Part shown: piece after piece, positions 38,095 to 48,442 of the stretch
Numbering within the stretch: the stretch's first letter is position 1
Layout: each line of letters begins with the position of its first letter
Origin: a virus
Lineage: Duplodnaviria > Caudoviricetes
Length of the DNA: 64,000 nt
Virus record (IMG/VR): IMGVR_UViG_3300042477_000769
Reading direction: 5' to 3' (one strand)
Program-made: the position numbers and the translations under genes
The notes under the pieces: model-generated
The model's input: only the letters and a program-made list of their open reading frames with translations
Told to the model about the DNA's origin: nothing
The model's database searches: none

Positions 38095-38934
38095 GTGACA
38101 CTTTGCTCTCAATGCCAAATGCCTCAAACTCAATTTGTGCCCAAGACAAAATGGTGTGCCACCTGTCATCAAAACTATAAAAAGAGAAAATATCAAGAAA
38201 ATTTATCAGCCAGTAGATACTATACTAACCAAAGAAGAGCGGCAAGAATTCAATGGTTTCAACAACTTAAAGCCAATATTCCTTGTACGGATTGTGGAAA
38301 AATATATGATCCCGTTTGTTTAGATTATGATCACGTACCAGGTCGAGGCATTAAATATAAAAATGTGTCTCGGATGGTGTTAGATAATAGTCCGAAAGAA
38401 AAGATCTTAGAAGAAATCAAGAAATGTGAATTGGTTTGCGTGTTATGTCATAATGCGCGGACCTTTTGTCGTTTAAAAACGGCCACTGCTTATAAACCAC
38501 ATCAACAAAGAAATATTAATATAATTAATCAGTTCAAAGAACAACCGTGCGTTTACTGTGGTCAACAATACCCTAGCTATAATATGCAAATGGATCATAT
38601 CAATCCAGCACACAAGTTATCTAATATATCACAGTTGAAAAGTAGTAAAGTAGAAATTTTGCATCAAGAATTGGCTAAATGCCAGGTGTTATGTGCTGTA
38701 TGTCATCGGCTTAAATCGATTATTGAACAAAAGGCCGGAAAATATTTACTTGCCAAATCTAAAATTGCTAAAAAGAGGTTATATTTTGATGGATATGTCA
38801 AAGAGTGCGGTCGATGCCGGCAACTAAAAGAACTTAGCTGTTTTAGAAAACATCAGCACACTACTTCTGGCTATAACACTTATTGTATAAGCTGTTTTAA
38901 TGAGTACCGACGACAACGAAGAGCCAACCTGTAA
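38095..38934 (+). CDS. tandem double-HNH endonuclease
   Basis: CTDC..LDYDH...KCELVCVLCH and CVYC..MQMDH...KCQVLCAVCH. Confidence 0.8.
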   Translation: MTLCSQCQMPQTQFVPKTKWCATCHQNYKKRKYQENLSASRYYTNQRRAARIQWFQQLKANIPCTDCGKIYDPVCLDYDHVPGRGIKYKNVSRMVLDNSPKEKILEEIKKCELVCVLCHNARTFCRLKTATAYKPHQQRNINIINQFKEQPCVYCGQQYPSYNMQMDHINPAHKLSNISQLKSSKVEILHQELAKCQVLCAVCHRLKSIIEQKAGKYLLAKSKIAKKRLYFDGYVKECGRCRQLKELSCFRKHQHTTSGYNTYCISCFNEYRRQRRANL

Positions 38935-39778
38935 AATCTATTTGTTAACTAATGTAATCAATAATAAGATTTATATTGGTCAAACTTGGAATTCAGTTCA
39001 CTCTCGAATGGGTAAAAAAGGATCAAAATATAGGAACTCTCCTTATTTGTATAAGGCTATTGTCAAATATGGGGCCCAAAATTTCAAATATGAAATCTTG
39101 GTTAAGTGTTATGATCAAGAGACAGCGGATTATTTAGAAGAATATTATATTAAGCAATATCGAAGTCAAGATTCTCATATTGGTTATAATTTGAAAGAAG
39201 GCGGTCGAGGAGGTAAGCATTCGTTGGAAACCAAAGAAAAGATCTCTCAATCCGTAAAGAAACAATTGGCCAATTTAACTCCAGAAGAGTTATTAGAGAG
39301 AACGGCCAAAATATCTAGTTATTGGTCTGGAAAGCAGCGAGGCCCACAAACAGAGCAATGGAAACAAGAAAATTCTGCTAAAATTAAAGCTTGGCATGCA
39401 GAACATCCACACCCTATGTTGGGGAAGAGTCATTCAGCGGAAGCAAAAGCAAAAATTAAGCGGAGTAGTTTGGGCAGAAAGTGTTCTCCGGAAGCTATTC
39501 AAAAGCGAGTGGCAAAATTAAAGATAGATCAAGAATTAGAATTATCTATTATTATGGCGTATCAGAGTGGGGATCTTATTTCTGAAATTGAAAAAGAATA
39601 TGGGGTAAGAGTATCAACTATTTACCGAGTGCTGAAGAGGAACGCTATTCCGTTAAGGGGATGTGATCAGAGTTGGGTCGGTAAGAGTCATACTCCAGAA
39701 ACCTTGGAAAAGATGTCGAGAGCGAGGAAGAAGTATTGGGAGCGCCAACGAGTGATGGGGACAATTAATCAAGAATAA
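38900..39778 (+). CDS. GIY-YIG homing endonuclease
   Basis: KIYLLTNVINNKIYIGQT, GYNL..GG, NUMOD3 repeats (KHSLETKEKIS, SHSAEAKAKI, SHTPETLEKMS). Confidence 0.9.
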   Translation: MSTDDNEEPTCKIYLLTNVINNKIYIGQTWNSVHSRMGKKGSKYRNSPYLYKAIVKYGAQNFKYEILVKCYDQETADYLEEYYIKQYRSQDSHIGYNLKEGGRGGKHSLETKEKISQSVKKQLANLTPEELLERTAKISSYWSGKQRGPQTEQWKQENSAKIKAWHAEHPHPMLGKSHSAEAKAKIKRSSLGRKCSPEAIQKRVAKLKIDQELELSIIMAYQSGDLISEIEKEYGVRVSTIYRVLKRNAIPLRGCDQSWVGKSHTPETLEKMSRARKKYWERQRVMGTINQE

Positions 39779-39818
39779 TATCAATATTTGTTTATCTATA
39801 ATAGGCGTATTTTATTTA

Positions 39819-40289
39819 ATGGGAGACGTAATGTCAAAATTTAGTATAGATTATTCAAGTTTAGAGAATAAAATTTATAAGAAAGCTTATAGATTGAGCG
39901 AAGTAAAAGATAAACTTGAAACTGTGGCCTTTGACATTGTTAGATTCAAGGAAGGCGATAAGGGCGCTGATTTATGGCAAGTCCAGAGTGCAGATGATGG
40001 CGAGTATATTGTGGCTTTATATCAACCAGAAGAGGACGTAAAAACGGCTTCTTGGGATGTGGTATTGAGTAAAACGGCAGGTACTTTACATGTTTCTTAT
40101 AACGGGGATCCGATTGTCAAGGTAGCAGCTAGTAAATTGGGGATTCCGGCAGCTGAGTTAGATAAGGTTCAAAGTTATTTGCCAAATAAATTGGCTACTA
40201 ATAAAAAATTAGTACAAGCATTATTGAATGAATTGCCAGAATCAACTAAAAAAGAGGTATTAAGTAAGTACCCAGAAATGTTAGCTTAA
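39819..40289 (+). CDS. hypothetical protein (start of putative head module)
   Basis: 156-aa ORF. Confidence 0.7.
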   Translation: MGDVMSKFSIDYSSLENKIYKKAYRLSEVKDKLETVAFDIVRFKEGDKGADLWQVQSADDGEYIVALYQPEEDVKTASWDVVLSKTAGTLHVSYNGDPIVKVAASKLGIPAAELDKVQSYLPNKLATNKKLVQALLNELPESTKKEVLSKYPEMLA

Positions 40290-40305
40290 CCTTACCATAT
40301 AGGCG

Positions 40306-41913
40306 TTGAAAATGAGCGTTGATAAATTACATAAATTAGTGAGTTCTCTAAATACATCATTATTTAATAATGAGAGACTTGCCACACCTGTATTAGCTAT
40401 TAAATTAGCGCAAGCTAATGCCGCTTATCCGGAAGACCAAACCATTGGGGCGATGCATCGGATTATTGGTAAAATGGTAGATAATGAGAACGTGTTTATT
40501 AGCAAGGGAGAGTTAAAAGCTCTAGCTAATAAATTATATTCTCGTAATACTAAATTTGCCGAACTTTTTCAAGAAGAATTAGGATTAACTTCTCCGATTG
40601 CCGAGCCAAAATATTTTCCACGAGATGAATCAACAGCCGAAGTTCGTTATGAGGTACAAGACCAGGTATTAGCTAGTGCGTTAGATAGTGTCTTTAATAA
40701 TGCGCCATTAAAGATGTATTCTAAGAAATTAGCTTCACAAGCCTTACATTCAGTGGCCTCTAGTTTAGATGCTTGGAATTTAACACCTACTTCTTTAATG
40801 GTCGATGAGGGTAATGAAAAGTTTTTAGTGATTAAAGCTAATTATGAGACTCCTAAAGGGATGACCAGTTTATTTATTCCGGTAGAAACAGTAAAGGATC
40901 AAGTATTAGAAGCTTCGGTATTTATGGGTAATGTTGGCCCGCAAGAGTTAAATCATAGTGCTATTAAATCATATTTAACGACTCAAGCCGGGACTAAATT
41001 AAAAATTAATGGATCTCAGATTTTATCGATTCTGACTACTGCTGCTTCAGAAAACAGAGAAATTAGCGATGCAGAAATTGCGTTAACTAAATTAACTGCC
41101 TCTCGTCAAGGAGAGTCTCAATTTTTTGATAATTCGATTGTGGGACAAAAAGTGGCCGAAGCAGGACGTAAAGATATTGAATTTGCTAAATCAGATGAAT
41201 TTATGTCATTTGAGAAGCAATTTACTACTCCTCAAGGCCAAGCTATTTGGCAATTTGGGGAAGAAAAAGTTAAAATTGCTCGAGAACATATTATTAGAGA
41301 GTTAAAGAGTTATGGTCATAAGAACCCACAAGTAGTTATTGCCAAGAGCGATAATAACTCTATTTTTTACCATGTCTCATTAGATGTGGGTCGGGTTGGA
41401 TTTACGGTTCCGGTAAAAATTGCCTCGGGTAAAATTATGAAACCATCTATTATGTTATGTAATGGGGCGGTGAAATCATTTAATCAAGAGAGTATTAACG
41501 AATTATATGTCAAAAATACCAGCGATTATCGTGCCGCTGCGGGCGCCTCAACTTTCTCTGGCTTAAAGCCCAGTGAAGTATTAGATAATTTGCGTACGGC
41601 CTTAGCTGAAACGAATTACGCTAAAGCCGAAGATGCGTTAAATGTCTTAGCTCATAGTGGAGATACCAAAGCATATGCTACTGGATTTAGCGTTTATATG
41701 AGCGCGTTAGCTAATAAAAATAATGAGCCTGTGCATAAATGCGCTCATGCCATTCACAATAAAACCAGTGAGCATCCCATTTGCAGTCAGACCGGATTAC
41801 CGACTCATAAAGTTTACCAAGACAAAGATGGAAATTGCCGACCGATGTATCGTAGGGGCATGGCTGAGACCTATGAAGGCGCAATTTTTAACAACTACAA
41901 AATTTTTGGATGA
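40306..41913 (+). CDS. hypothetical protein, putative virion component
   Basis: 535-aa ORF with two similar F.V...Y.TP.G..S..VPV-type beta units; C-terminal C/H cluster. Confidence 0.7.
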   Translation: MKMSVDKLHKLVSSLNTSLFNNERLATPVLAIKLAQANAAYPEDQTIGAMHRIIGKMVDNENVFISKGELKALANKLYSRNTKFAELFQEELGLTSPIAEPKYFPRDESTAEVRYEVQDQVLASALDSVFNNAPLKMYSKKLASQALHSVASSLDAWNLTPTSLMVDEGNEKFLVIKANYETPKGMTSLFIPVETVKDQVLEASVFMGNVGPQELNHSAIKSYLTTQAGTKLKINGSQILSILTTAASENREISDAEIALTKLTASRQGESQFFDNSIVGQKVAEAGRKDIEFAKSDEFMSFEKQFTTPQGQAIWQFGEEKVKIAREHIIRELKSYGHKNPQVVIAKSDNNSIFYHVSLDVGRVGFTVPVKIASGKIMKPSIMLCNGAVKSFNQESINELYVKNTSDYRAAAGASTFSGLKPSEVLDNLRTALAETNYAKAEDALNVLAHSGDTKAYATGFSVYMSALANKNNEPVHKCAHAIHNKTSEHPICSQTGLPTHKVYQDKDGNCRPMYRRGMAETYEGAIFNNYKIFG

Positions 41914-42686
41914 TTATGAGAATAGTGAGACTGGCTAATTTATTAGAATTAAAGTATAATTTTACCTCTCAAGCCGGCCTTGCTGACATTATGGGGCAGG
42001 TAAAATCCGATTTAATTTCTGCCTATAATTTATATGTTAATAGTCAAACGGCGAAAGAGCCGGTCTTAGCTATGGTGGCTCAAATGGGAGAACCATTTAC
42101 GGTATCGTTTGTTCACAATATGAATAAAATGATTGCTAATTTGGATGTATTAGCAGAATCTCCGGCGTTATTATTTAATAGTATTAATAAGATGTTAGGG
42201 GCAATTCAAGAAGTAAAAGATGATAAAGACAAAACGGTACGTAATTTTATTCATGATTCTATTCGAGTCACGAAGCAATCGGAAAAAAATTATCGAGAAT
42301 TAGTTAAATCTAAATTTGAAACTATGTTATATCGTTTGTCGCATATTTTAGAAAAGCAAGCGAAGACTTTGAAAGTCTTTTTACCTAAAGAGGTAGAATT
42401 AGCTGGTGGTGGAGTGTTACCAGAAAGAAAAGAGTTAAGTAAAGATAAGTTACGAATGTTTTTAATGACTCCGGCTGCTCAAAAATATGGTTTACATTCG
42501 TTAGATATCTTAGAAAAAGTATTATCAGATCCAGAGTTAAAAGAAAAATTAACTACTTTAATCAATGCAGTTGATCGTGGGCATGTTCCAGCAGATGGTC
42601 CAGAAATTGCAGAAGCCACTCAAGAAATAATGGACTGGTTTAAAAGCAAACAAACTAATGCCAAACAATTTGAAGATGTGGAATGA
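41910..42686 (+). CDS. hypothetical helical protein
   Basis: 258-aa ORF. Confidence 0.7.
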   Translation: MIMRIVRLANLLELKYNFTSQAGLADIMGQVKSDLISAYNLYVNSQTAKEPVLAMVAQMGEPFTVSFVHNMNKMIANLDVLAESPALLFNSINKMLGAIQEVKDDKDKTVRNFIHDSIRVTKQSEKNYRELVKSKFETMLYRLSHILEKQAKTLKVFLPKEVELAGGGVLPERKELSKDKLRMFLMTPAAQKYGLHSLDILEKVLSDPELKEKLTTLINAVDRGHVPADGPEIAEATQEIMDWFKSKQTNAKQFEDVE

Positions 42687-42695
42687 GGAGCTATT

Positions 42696-43409
42696 ATGAG
42701 AGTTGCTGAAATATTACAGGCGATGGCGGCTTGGTTAGAGAGCCCAGATAATGAGGCATTATTATTATCTGAATATCATGAAGATAGCATGAAAATTGTG
42801 GCAGAAAATTGCATTTTGGCGGCAGCTTTGCTGAAAAATGCGGCAGAACAAGTCAATGAAATTGAGCCTCCCGCAGAATCCAAGATTACTCCAGAAGCTA
42901 TTGAGCAAACGGCCGCGTTAGCTGCTATGTTTGATGCTTCGGGCGATCCAGAATTAAAAAAACAAGCTTCAGTTTTAGATGAGTTATTATTATCTATTGC
43001 GGCTCCACCTCATGCATATGCCGAGAGAAAAGATTTACAAGACCAACGGTTAGTAGAATTAAAGAAAAAATATGAGAATCCAACTCAAGAATTAAATGAA
43101 ACCAATAAAACGGCTGATGCTGAGAAAATAATTGATAAAAGCAATATGACCAAAACTTATAAAGTGTTGGAAGCTCCCTTAAGCACTCGTTATTGCCCAG
43201 ATCATCCAGGAGTGCAAATTGCCAGAGTGGGAGAGCATATGTGGCAATGTGAGCTAGATAAAAAATCTTATAATTTTGAGACTGGATTTGAATTAACTAA
43301 TGGTGCTCAAGTTCCAGGAGGCGATGTAGCTAATCAAACTCAAGTCTTAGAAATTCCGTATCATGCCATCTTCGATAGTCGCGAAGATCGACTTGGCTAT
43401 AATAAATAA
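42696..43409 (+). CDS. hypothetical protein with C-terminal zinc ribbon
   Basis: CPDH...WQC; GAGGAG RBS. Confidence 0.7.
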   Translation: MRVAEILQAMAAWLESPDNEALLLSEYHEDSMKIVAENCILAAALLKNAAEQVNEIEPPAESKITPEAIEQTAALAAMFDASGDPELKKQASVLDELLLSIAAPPHAYAERKDLQDQRLVELKKKYENPTQELNETNKTADAEKIIDKSNMTKTYKVLEAPLSTRYCPDHPGVQIARVGEHMWQCELDKKSYNFETGFELTNGAQVPGGDVANQTQVLEIPYHAIFDSREDRLGYNK

Positions 43410-43432
43410 TATAATTATCATTTAAGATATAG

Positions 43433-43463
43433 ATGGTCGTGAAAACTTCACGGCCATTTTTTT
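43433..43463 (+). terminator. intrinsic terminator
   Basis: ATGGTCGTGAA-aac-TTCACGGCCAT stem (one G-U pair) followed by a T-run. Confidence 0.8.
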
Positions 43464-43501
43464 ATGTGTATAAATTTGGCGATAAAATCATATTATTCTA
43501 G

Positions 43502-44260
43502 ATGAATAAGCCGGCTTATAAAAAAATATTAGAACATCCAGATAAGGATGAAATTATTTCGAAATTGGTCATTGGTATTTCTGCCAGTGATATTCATGAA
43601 TGGTTAAAAATTAAGTATAGTGCTGTGAGTGAAGCTAAATTAGTCTTATCAGAAAAACACATTAAATCTTTTAATGATAATTATTTAGATTTTTATAATG
43701 ATATGTTGCAAGACGTTGCGGCTACTAAAACTGGTATGACTAATAAACCAGAAGATGAATTAAAATTAGCGGTCAGAAATAATCCAACTTATAAAGACGC
43801 GTTACTAAAAGTAGCTAATAATGAGTTAGATATTGAACGAATTATGGCCACGATGGCGATTAATGTAGAAACTCGAATGGCTCAAGTATTTGATGAGATG
43901 ATGGAAGATCCTCGCAATATTAATACCAAAGTGGATCGATTATTTGCAGAATACGCTGATATTTTAGGTAATTTATTAGATAAATATCATAAATGGAAAG
44001 AAAAACCAGCAGCTGATCAAGTGATTCAGCATAATGTTACTTTACAGGTTGTAGATCAGCATATTTCAGTATTTCATGATGTAATTAAAGAGGTGTTGTC
44101 TCAAATGGATTTAGAGACCTCCATGTACTTTATGGAAGTGTTTGCAGAAAAAATGGCAAAATTAAAACAACCGACCCATGAAGCTGGACCCAGTCAAGAA
44201 ATGAAATTAGCTGAAGCAAAACTATTAAATGAAACTATTAACCAAAAAGTTAATCAATGA
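43502..44260 (+). CDS. hypothetical helical protein, possible small terminase-like
   Basis: N-terminal HTH-like HPDKDEIISKL...SDIHEWL; function is an inference. Confidence 0.55.
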   Translation: MNKPAYKKILEHPDKDEIISKLVIGISASDIHEWLKIKYSAVSEAKLVLSEKHIKSFNDNYLDFYNDMLQDVAATKTGMTNKPEDELKLAVRNNPTYKDALLKVANNELDIERIMATMAINVETRMAQVFDEMMEDPRNINTKVDRLFAEYADILGNLLDKYHKWKEKPAADQVIQHNVTLQVVDQHISVFHDVIKEVLSQMDLETSMYFMEVFAEKMAKLKQPTHEAGPSQEMKLAEAKLLNETINQKVNQ

Positions 44261-46074
44261 AAACCCTGTTATCTACCTCAACATTAGATCTTCATCCTTA
44301 CCAAGATGAAGAATTAGAGCTTTCAGACGAAATGAAAGTAAAATTAGAAAAATTAATGGAATTTTTTGATGAGTATTCTATTGATTATGATAAATTCAAG
44401 TTAGATAATATTCCTACCTTAGATTTTGGTAAGAAGGATGCTTATCCTAATAATCGAGATTATTTTAATATTCCGGGTCAACATAATACTCAGAAGTGGC
44501 TAGAAACGGTAAAAAATATTTATCGAAGTGAACAACAAGGTGAAAATAGAGTGCAAGCTATTCGTCGGGCCACCAATGGTTGGCATATTATGGAAACCTT
44601 TGATTTTCTTAATTGGGTGAAGTTTTATGAGTCTGGAGATCATATGAAGTATAAATTTGCCAAATTGTGGTATGAAAATGATGATTTGGGTCCGGGTTAT
44701 TTCTTACAAATTAAACAAGATGAATCGGTTCCTGAAAAACACACCTCCGGTCAAGATATTGATTTTGCTCGAGAAACTGCCGTTTCAGATACTCAAAAAC
44801 GACAAACAATTGAAAAACAGCGTAATAAAATAATTGGTCGATTAGATTCTGCAGAAAAATTACTACGTTCTCCAGAAGGCAATATTTTCTCTGGCAAAGA
44901 ATTCCAATCTTTATTGGAAGCCATTTATGAATTAAAGAAAAAAATTCAAATGATTAATAAGGTTAGCACCTCTACTAAATTATATGAAGATATGATTATT
45001 AGAGAAGCTAATGTGTTAAATAAACGTGGATTTTATCAAGCTGCTAATTTATTAGCCTCTTATGCTCAAACTCCGGCCGCCTCGGGAGAATCGGCGACTG
45101 GTACACCCTCCGGAACAGAGGTAGTAGCTCCAGCTTCTGCAGGAGATCCTGCTGGAGCCGGTCATCCAGGAGCCCCAGGAGGATTACCTTCTACTGGACC
45201 CGGCATGGCTCCAGGAACCAGTGCGTCTGGGACAGTAAATACACCACCAGCTATTGAAGAATTTTTATCTGGTTTAAATAATGGGCAATACGCTCCTAAA
45301 GATAAGCAATTATCAGAAGACTCTTTAGAGGTAGAAGATAATTTAGAAGTTAATGAAGAAGAGTTATTAGTCACTGAAGCTCAACTTGCTACTCCTAAAT
45401 TAGAAGTGGATGAGCCAATTACTACTTCTCCAGCCCCGGCTCCTTTGGATCCTGCTCCAGTGGCCGCGCCTACCACTCCAGAGGCAGATCCAGATAAACC
45501 AGTCACTAAAGAAGAGTTAGAAATTTCAGAAGAGGATATTGAAAGAGCTAAACATAGAAAATTAACTCCTAATTTTGACACTAAAGTTAATGAAGTATTC
45601 TCTAATATTACTATTGCTGATGTAGTAGTTAAATTAGAAGATTTAGCTAAAATCTTCAAAATTAGAGAAGTGCCTCGTCAATTAGGCATTGTAGATATGA
45701 TGTTAGATAGTTTAGGATTAGCCTCTTTCTTCCCCTCCTTATCAGAAGCTACTAATAAAGCTTTAGAATCTAATAATTATATTTCTACTCGTTTAGAAGA
45801 TATTTTATCTAAATTACATGGAGCCATGGCTACCAAAGAAATTGATTTGACGGGAGAAGAACCCCCTTCCAATCCAGAAGTAGATAAAATTAAAGAAAAA
45901 TTAAAGCAAGATGAGAATAAAGATAAAGCCAGAAAACAAATGAGAAAACAACAGGAAATGTCGGAATTAGAAAATAAATCTAAAGAAACTCCTGAAATAG
46001 AAATCGAAGAAGATTTATCGGTCCCTCCTGCTCCAGTAGCACCCGTGACACCACCACCCGCCGTCAAACCATAA
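44257..46074 (+). CDS. hypothetical acidic, Pro-rich protein
   Basis: 605 aa with Pro/Gly and Glu-rich low-complexity linkers. Confidence 0.75.
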   Translation: MKTLLSTSTLDLHPYQDEELELSDEMKVKLEKLMEFFDEYSIDYDKFKLDNIPTLDFGKKDAYPNNRDYFNIPGQHNTQKWLETVKNIYRSEQQGENRVQAIRRATNGWHIMETFDFLNWVKFYESGDHMKYKFAKLWYENDDLGPGYFLQIKQDESVPEKHTSGQDIDFARETAVSDTQKRQTIEKQRNKIIGRLDSAEKLLRSPEGNIFSGKEFQSLLEAIYELKKKIQMINKVSTSTKLYEDMIIREANVLNKRGFYQAANLLASYAQTPAASGESATGTPSGTEVVAPASAGDPAGAGHPGAPGGLPSTGPGMAPGTSASGTVNTPPAIEEFLSGLNNGQYAPKDKQLSEDSLEVEDNLEVNEEELLVTEAQLATPKLEVDEPITTSPAPAPLDPAPVAAPTTPEADPDKPVTKEELEISEEDIERAKHRKLTPNFDTKVNEVFSNITIADVVVKLEDLAKIFKIREVPRQLGIVDMMLDSLGLASFFPSLSEATNKALESNNYISTRLEDILSKLHGAMATKEIDLTGEEPPSNPEVDKIKEKLKQDENKDKARKQMRKQQEMSELENKSKETPEIEIEEDLSVPPAPVAPVTPPPAVKP

Positions 46075-46075
46075 C

Positions 46076-48427
46076 ATGAAATTACGTAATTTATTAGATC
46101 AAATGCAATCTATATCTAATAAAATCGGCTCGTCTCAGCCGATGATCTGTGGAGGTACGCCTCGGGATCAGTATATGGAAAGATTAGATCATATTGCTGA
46201 TCTAGATATTACTACTGGAGATAAAAAAGTACAATTTTTAGCGCAAGAATTTGGTAATGCATTAGCTAAACAATATGATGTCACGACTAAAATTCATGAA
46301 GATGGTCACGGAACTATTTATTTAGGTGATTTTAAAATTGATTTTTCTTCCAATTTTAATATTCCTAATATTGATAATATTTTGATTAAACAAGGTATTA
46401 CTAAGCCAACTAGTATGCAAAAAGAAATGTTTAGTCGAGATTTTACTTGTAATTCATTATTATTATCCTTAGATCTAAAAAATGTCATCGATCCTACTTA
46501 TCACGGATTACAAGATATTGATCAGAAAATAATTAGAACTTGTTTATCTCCAGAAATTACTTTATTAACTAATAAAAATAGAGTGGTTCGTGCTATTTAT
46601 TTGGCCTCCAAATTAGATTTTAATATTGATCCCAATATTATCAGCTATGTGGCGGCACATCCAGAGTCAGTAAAAATCTCGACTCCTAAATCTTTAACAG
46701 AAAAACTAAATTCTGCTTTTGAATTTAATCCGGAACGTGCCGCTTTTTATCTGACTCAGATGAATTTGTGGAATTATGTTCCTATTACTCCTGTTATGAG
46801 ACCATTTTTTATGAAAAAAAATACCACCGTTTCTTATATTTTATCTAAATATGCTGCCATTTCATCCGTGTCAGAAGCCAAACAATTGTTTGGTTTATTG
46901 GAAAATTTTACAGAAGAAGATGTAAAAAAGAAATATAAAGAATTAGTGGTGAAAAATTATCCCGATGTTAATCCTGTTAATGGTCATGAGAAAATGTTAG
47001 ATATTACTCAAGCTAAAGAAATACTATTAAAAAGCCTGACTACTCCAGAGCCTGTATTATTAAAGGAAGAAGAACCATGGAGACATTCTTATCATACGCC
47101 TGTCTCTGAATATATGGATGATGAAAAATGGGAATATTATACCAATCCAGAAATATTTAAACAATATCAAAAAGATTTTGAAGCTGAGCAAAATTATCAT
47201 CAATATGATGAGGATAGTTCAAGATTAAGAGAACAAGCAGAAGAAGATAGAATTTATAATCTCAGAGATAATATCGTCTCTATTTTAGAAAAAGTTAACC
47301 CGAATAAATTAGTAGAAGATTTTGGAGTGGATCTCGATGCCACTTCAATAAAAGAACTAGGTTTAGGTAATTTAGCCTCAAATCAAGATGGAATAGAATT
47401 AAGTGATTTAATTTCAGCGGCTATTCTCGAGATCATCTATTATGACCATCCTAAATATTTACCTAAATTATTAGAATTAGATTATTTTAAAAATGCAGTT
47501 CGTTCAAATAATTATATGAACAAGAACATGTCAGACTTGCTAAACAAGATAGATAATGAAAATATTAATAAATTATTTTTGACCAGTAAACTTTCTCTTA
47601 AAGATTTATCTAATTATCGAGATGAGCAGGGTATTATTGATGTGTTATTAAATAATCAAAATAAAGTAGTTACTGATTTATTGCAAGCTAAAAATCCACT
47701 AGATATGGTAGTTTGGTTTAGCGCTCCAGTGTTAAAAAATGTTTCTTACATCTTGCTAGACCAAGAACAAACTAAGCCGATAGTAAAATTATTAGATTTG
47801 GTTAAGAGACAATTAAACCAAAAAATAAAAACAGCTTATTTTCAAGGTGGGGGAGGAGTCAACGAACCCACTCCGAAAAAACGAAAATATAAAATAGATC
47901 CGGCCGAAGTAGTCCAGCCGAGATTTGAAGAGCCGTTTTATCGTAATTATGATCTATATAATGTTCCTGGTAAATATGGTCCGGGCACTAGAAAAAATCC
48001 TAAAAACTTAAAAGGCAAATATAAAGCTAAAAAAACTGCTCGAACTAAAGTCTTATCTAATCTCTTAAAAGTAGCCATTGACTTTCCTTCTGATAACCAA
48101 GTTAATCCAGAATTAATTACTGGTCAGCAAAATAACTTAATGGAATATCTTAATCCGGCCGGAGGATATTTAGATAAATATCTTCCTGATAATGATTTGG
48201 AAGATAAAGACCCCACCAAATTAAACTTTGGTCGAGATTATGCCGATCAACCCACAGGGCCTAAAATCGATAATATTGAAAAATTATTAGAACAATATTT
48301 GCCGACTGATTTGTATGGATTACCAGATGGAGTCGATGTCACAGAAGAAGAATTAGACCAACCTAATGATATTAATCCATTTTATGGTACCTTAGGCCCT
48401 AATAGTTTGATTCATCAACGCTACTAA
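46076..48427 (+). CDS. class II tRNA-nucleotidyltransferase/poly(A) polymerase-like domain fused to a J-like domain (YPD) and a long tail
   Basis: CGGTPRD...DLDITT, SRDFTCNSL, DP...G..DI...IIR, NRVVRAI; VKKKYKELVVKNYPDVN. Confidence 0.8.
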   Translation: MKLRNLLDQMQSISNKIGSSQPMICGGTPRDQYMERLDHIADLDITTGDKKVQFLAQEFGNALAKQYDVTTKIHEDGHGTIYLGDFKIDFSSNFNIPNIDNILIKQGITKPTSMQKEMFSRDFTCNSLLLSLDLKNVIDPTYHGLQDIDQKIIRTCLSPEITLLTNKNRVVRAIYLASKLDFNIDPNIISYVAAHPESVKISTPKSLTEKLNSAFEFNPERAAFYLTQMNLWNYVPITPVMRPFFMKKNTTVSYILSKYAAISSVSEAKQLFGLLENFTEEDVKKKYKELVVKNYPDVNPVNGHEKMLDITQAKEILLKSLTTPEPVLLKEEEPWRHSYHTPVSEYMDDEKWEYYTNPEIFKQYQKDFEAEQNYHQYDEDSSRLREQAEEDRIYNLRDNIVSILEKVNPNKLVEDFGVDLDATSIKELGLGNLASNQDGIELSDLISAAILEIIYYDHPKYLPKLLELDYFKNAVRSNNYMNKNMSDLLNKIDNENINKLFLTSKLSLKDLSNYRDEQGIIDVLLNNQNKVVTDLLQAKNPLDMVVWFSAPVLKNVSYILLDQEQTKPIVKLLDLVKRQLNQKIKTAYFQGGGGVNEPTPKKRKYKIDPAEVVQPRFEEPFYRNYDLYNVPGKYGPGTRKNPKNLKGKYKAKKTARTKVLSNLLKVAIDFPSDNQVNPELITGQQNNLMEYLNPAGGYLDKYLPDNDLEDKDPTKLNFGRDYADQPTGPKIDNIEKLLEQYLPTDLYGLPDGVDVTEEELDQPNDINPFYGTLGPNSLIHQRY

Positions 48428-48442
48428 TGTTATAGATCCAGG

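Noticed and set aside
39801-40306. ATAGGCGT repeated before two consecutive genes
   Set aside because: Only two copies of an 8-mer; could be chance or part of an RBS
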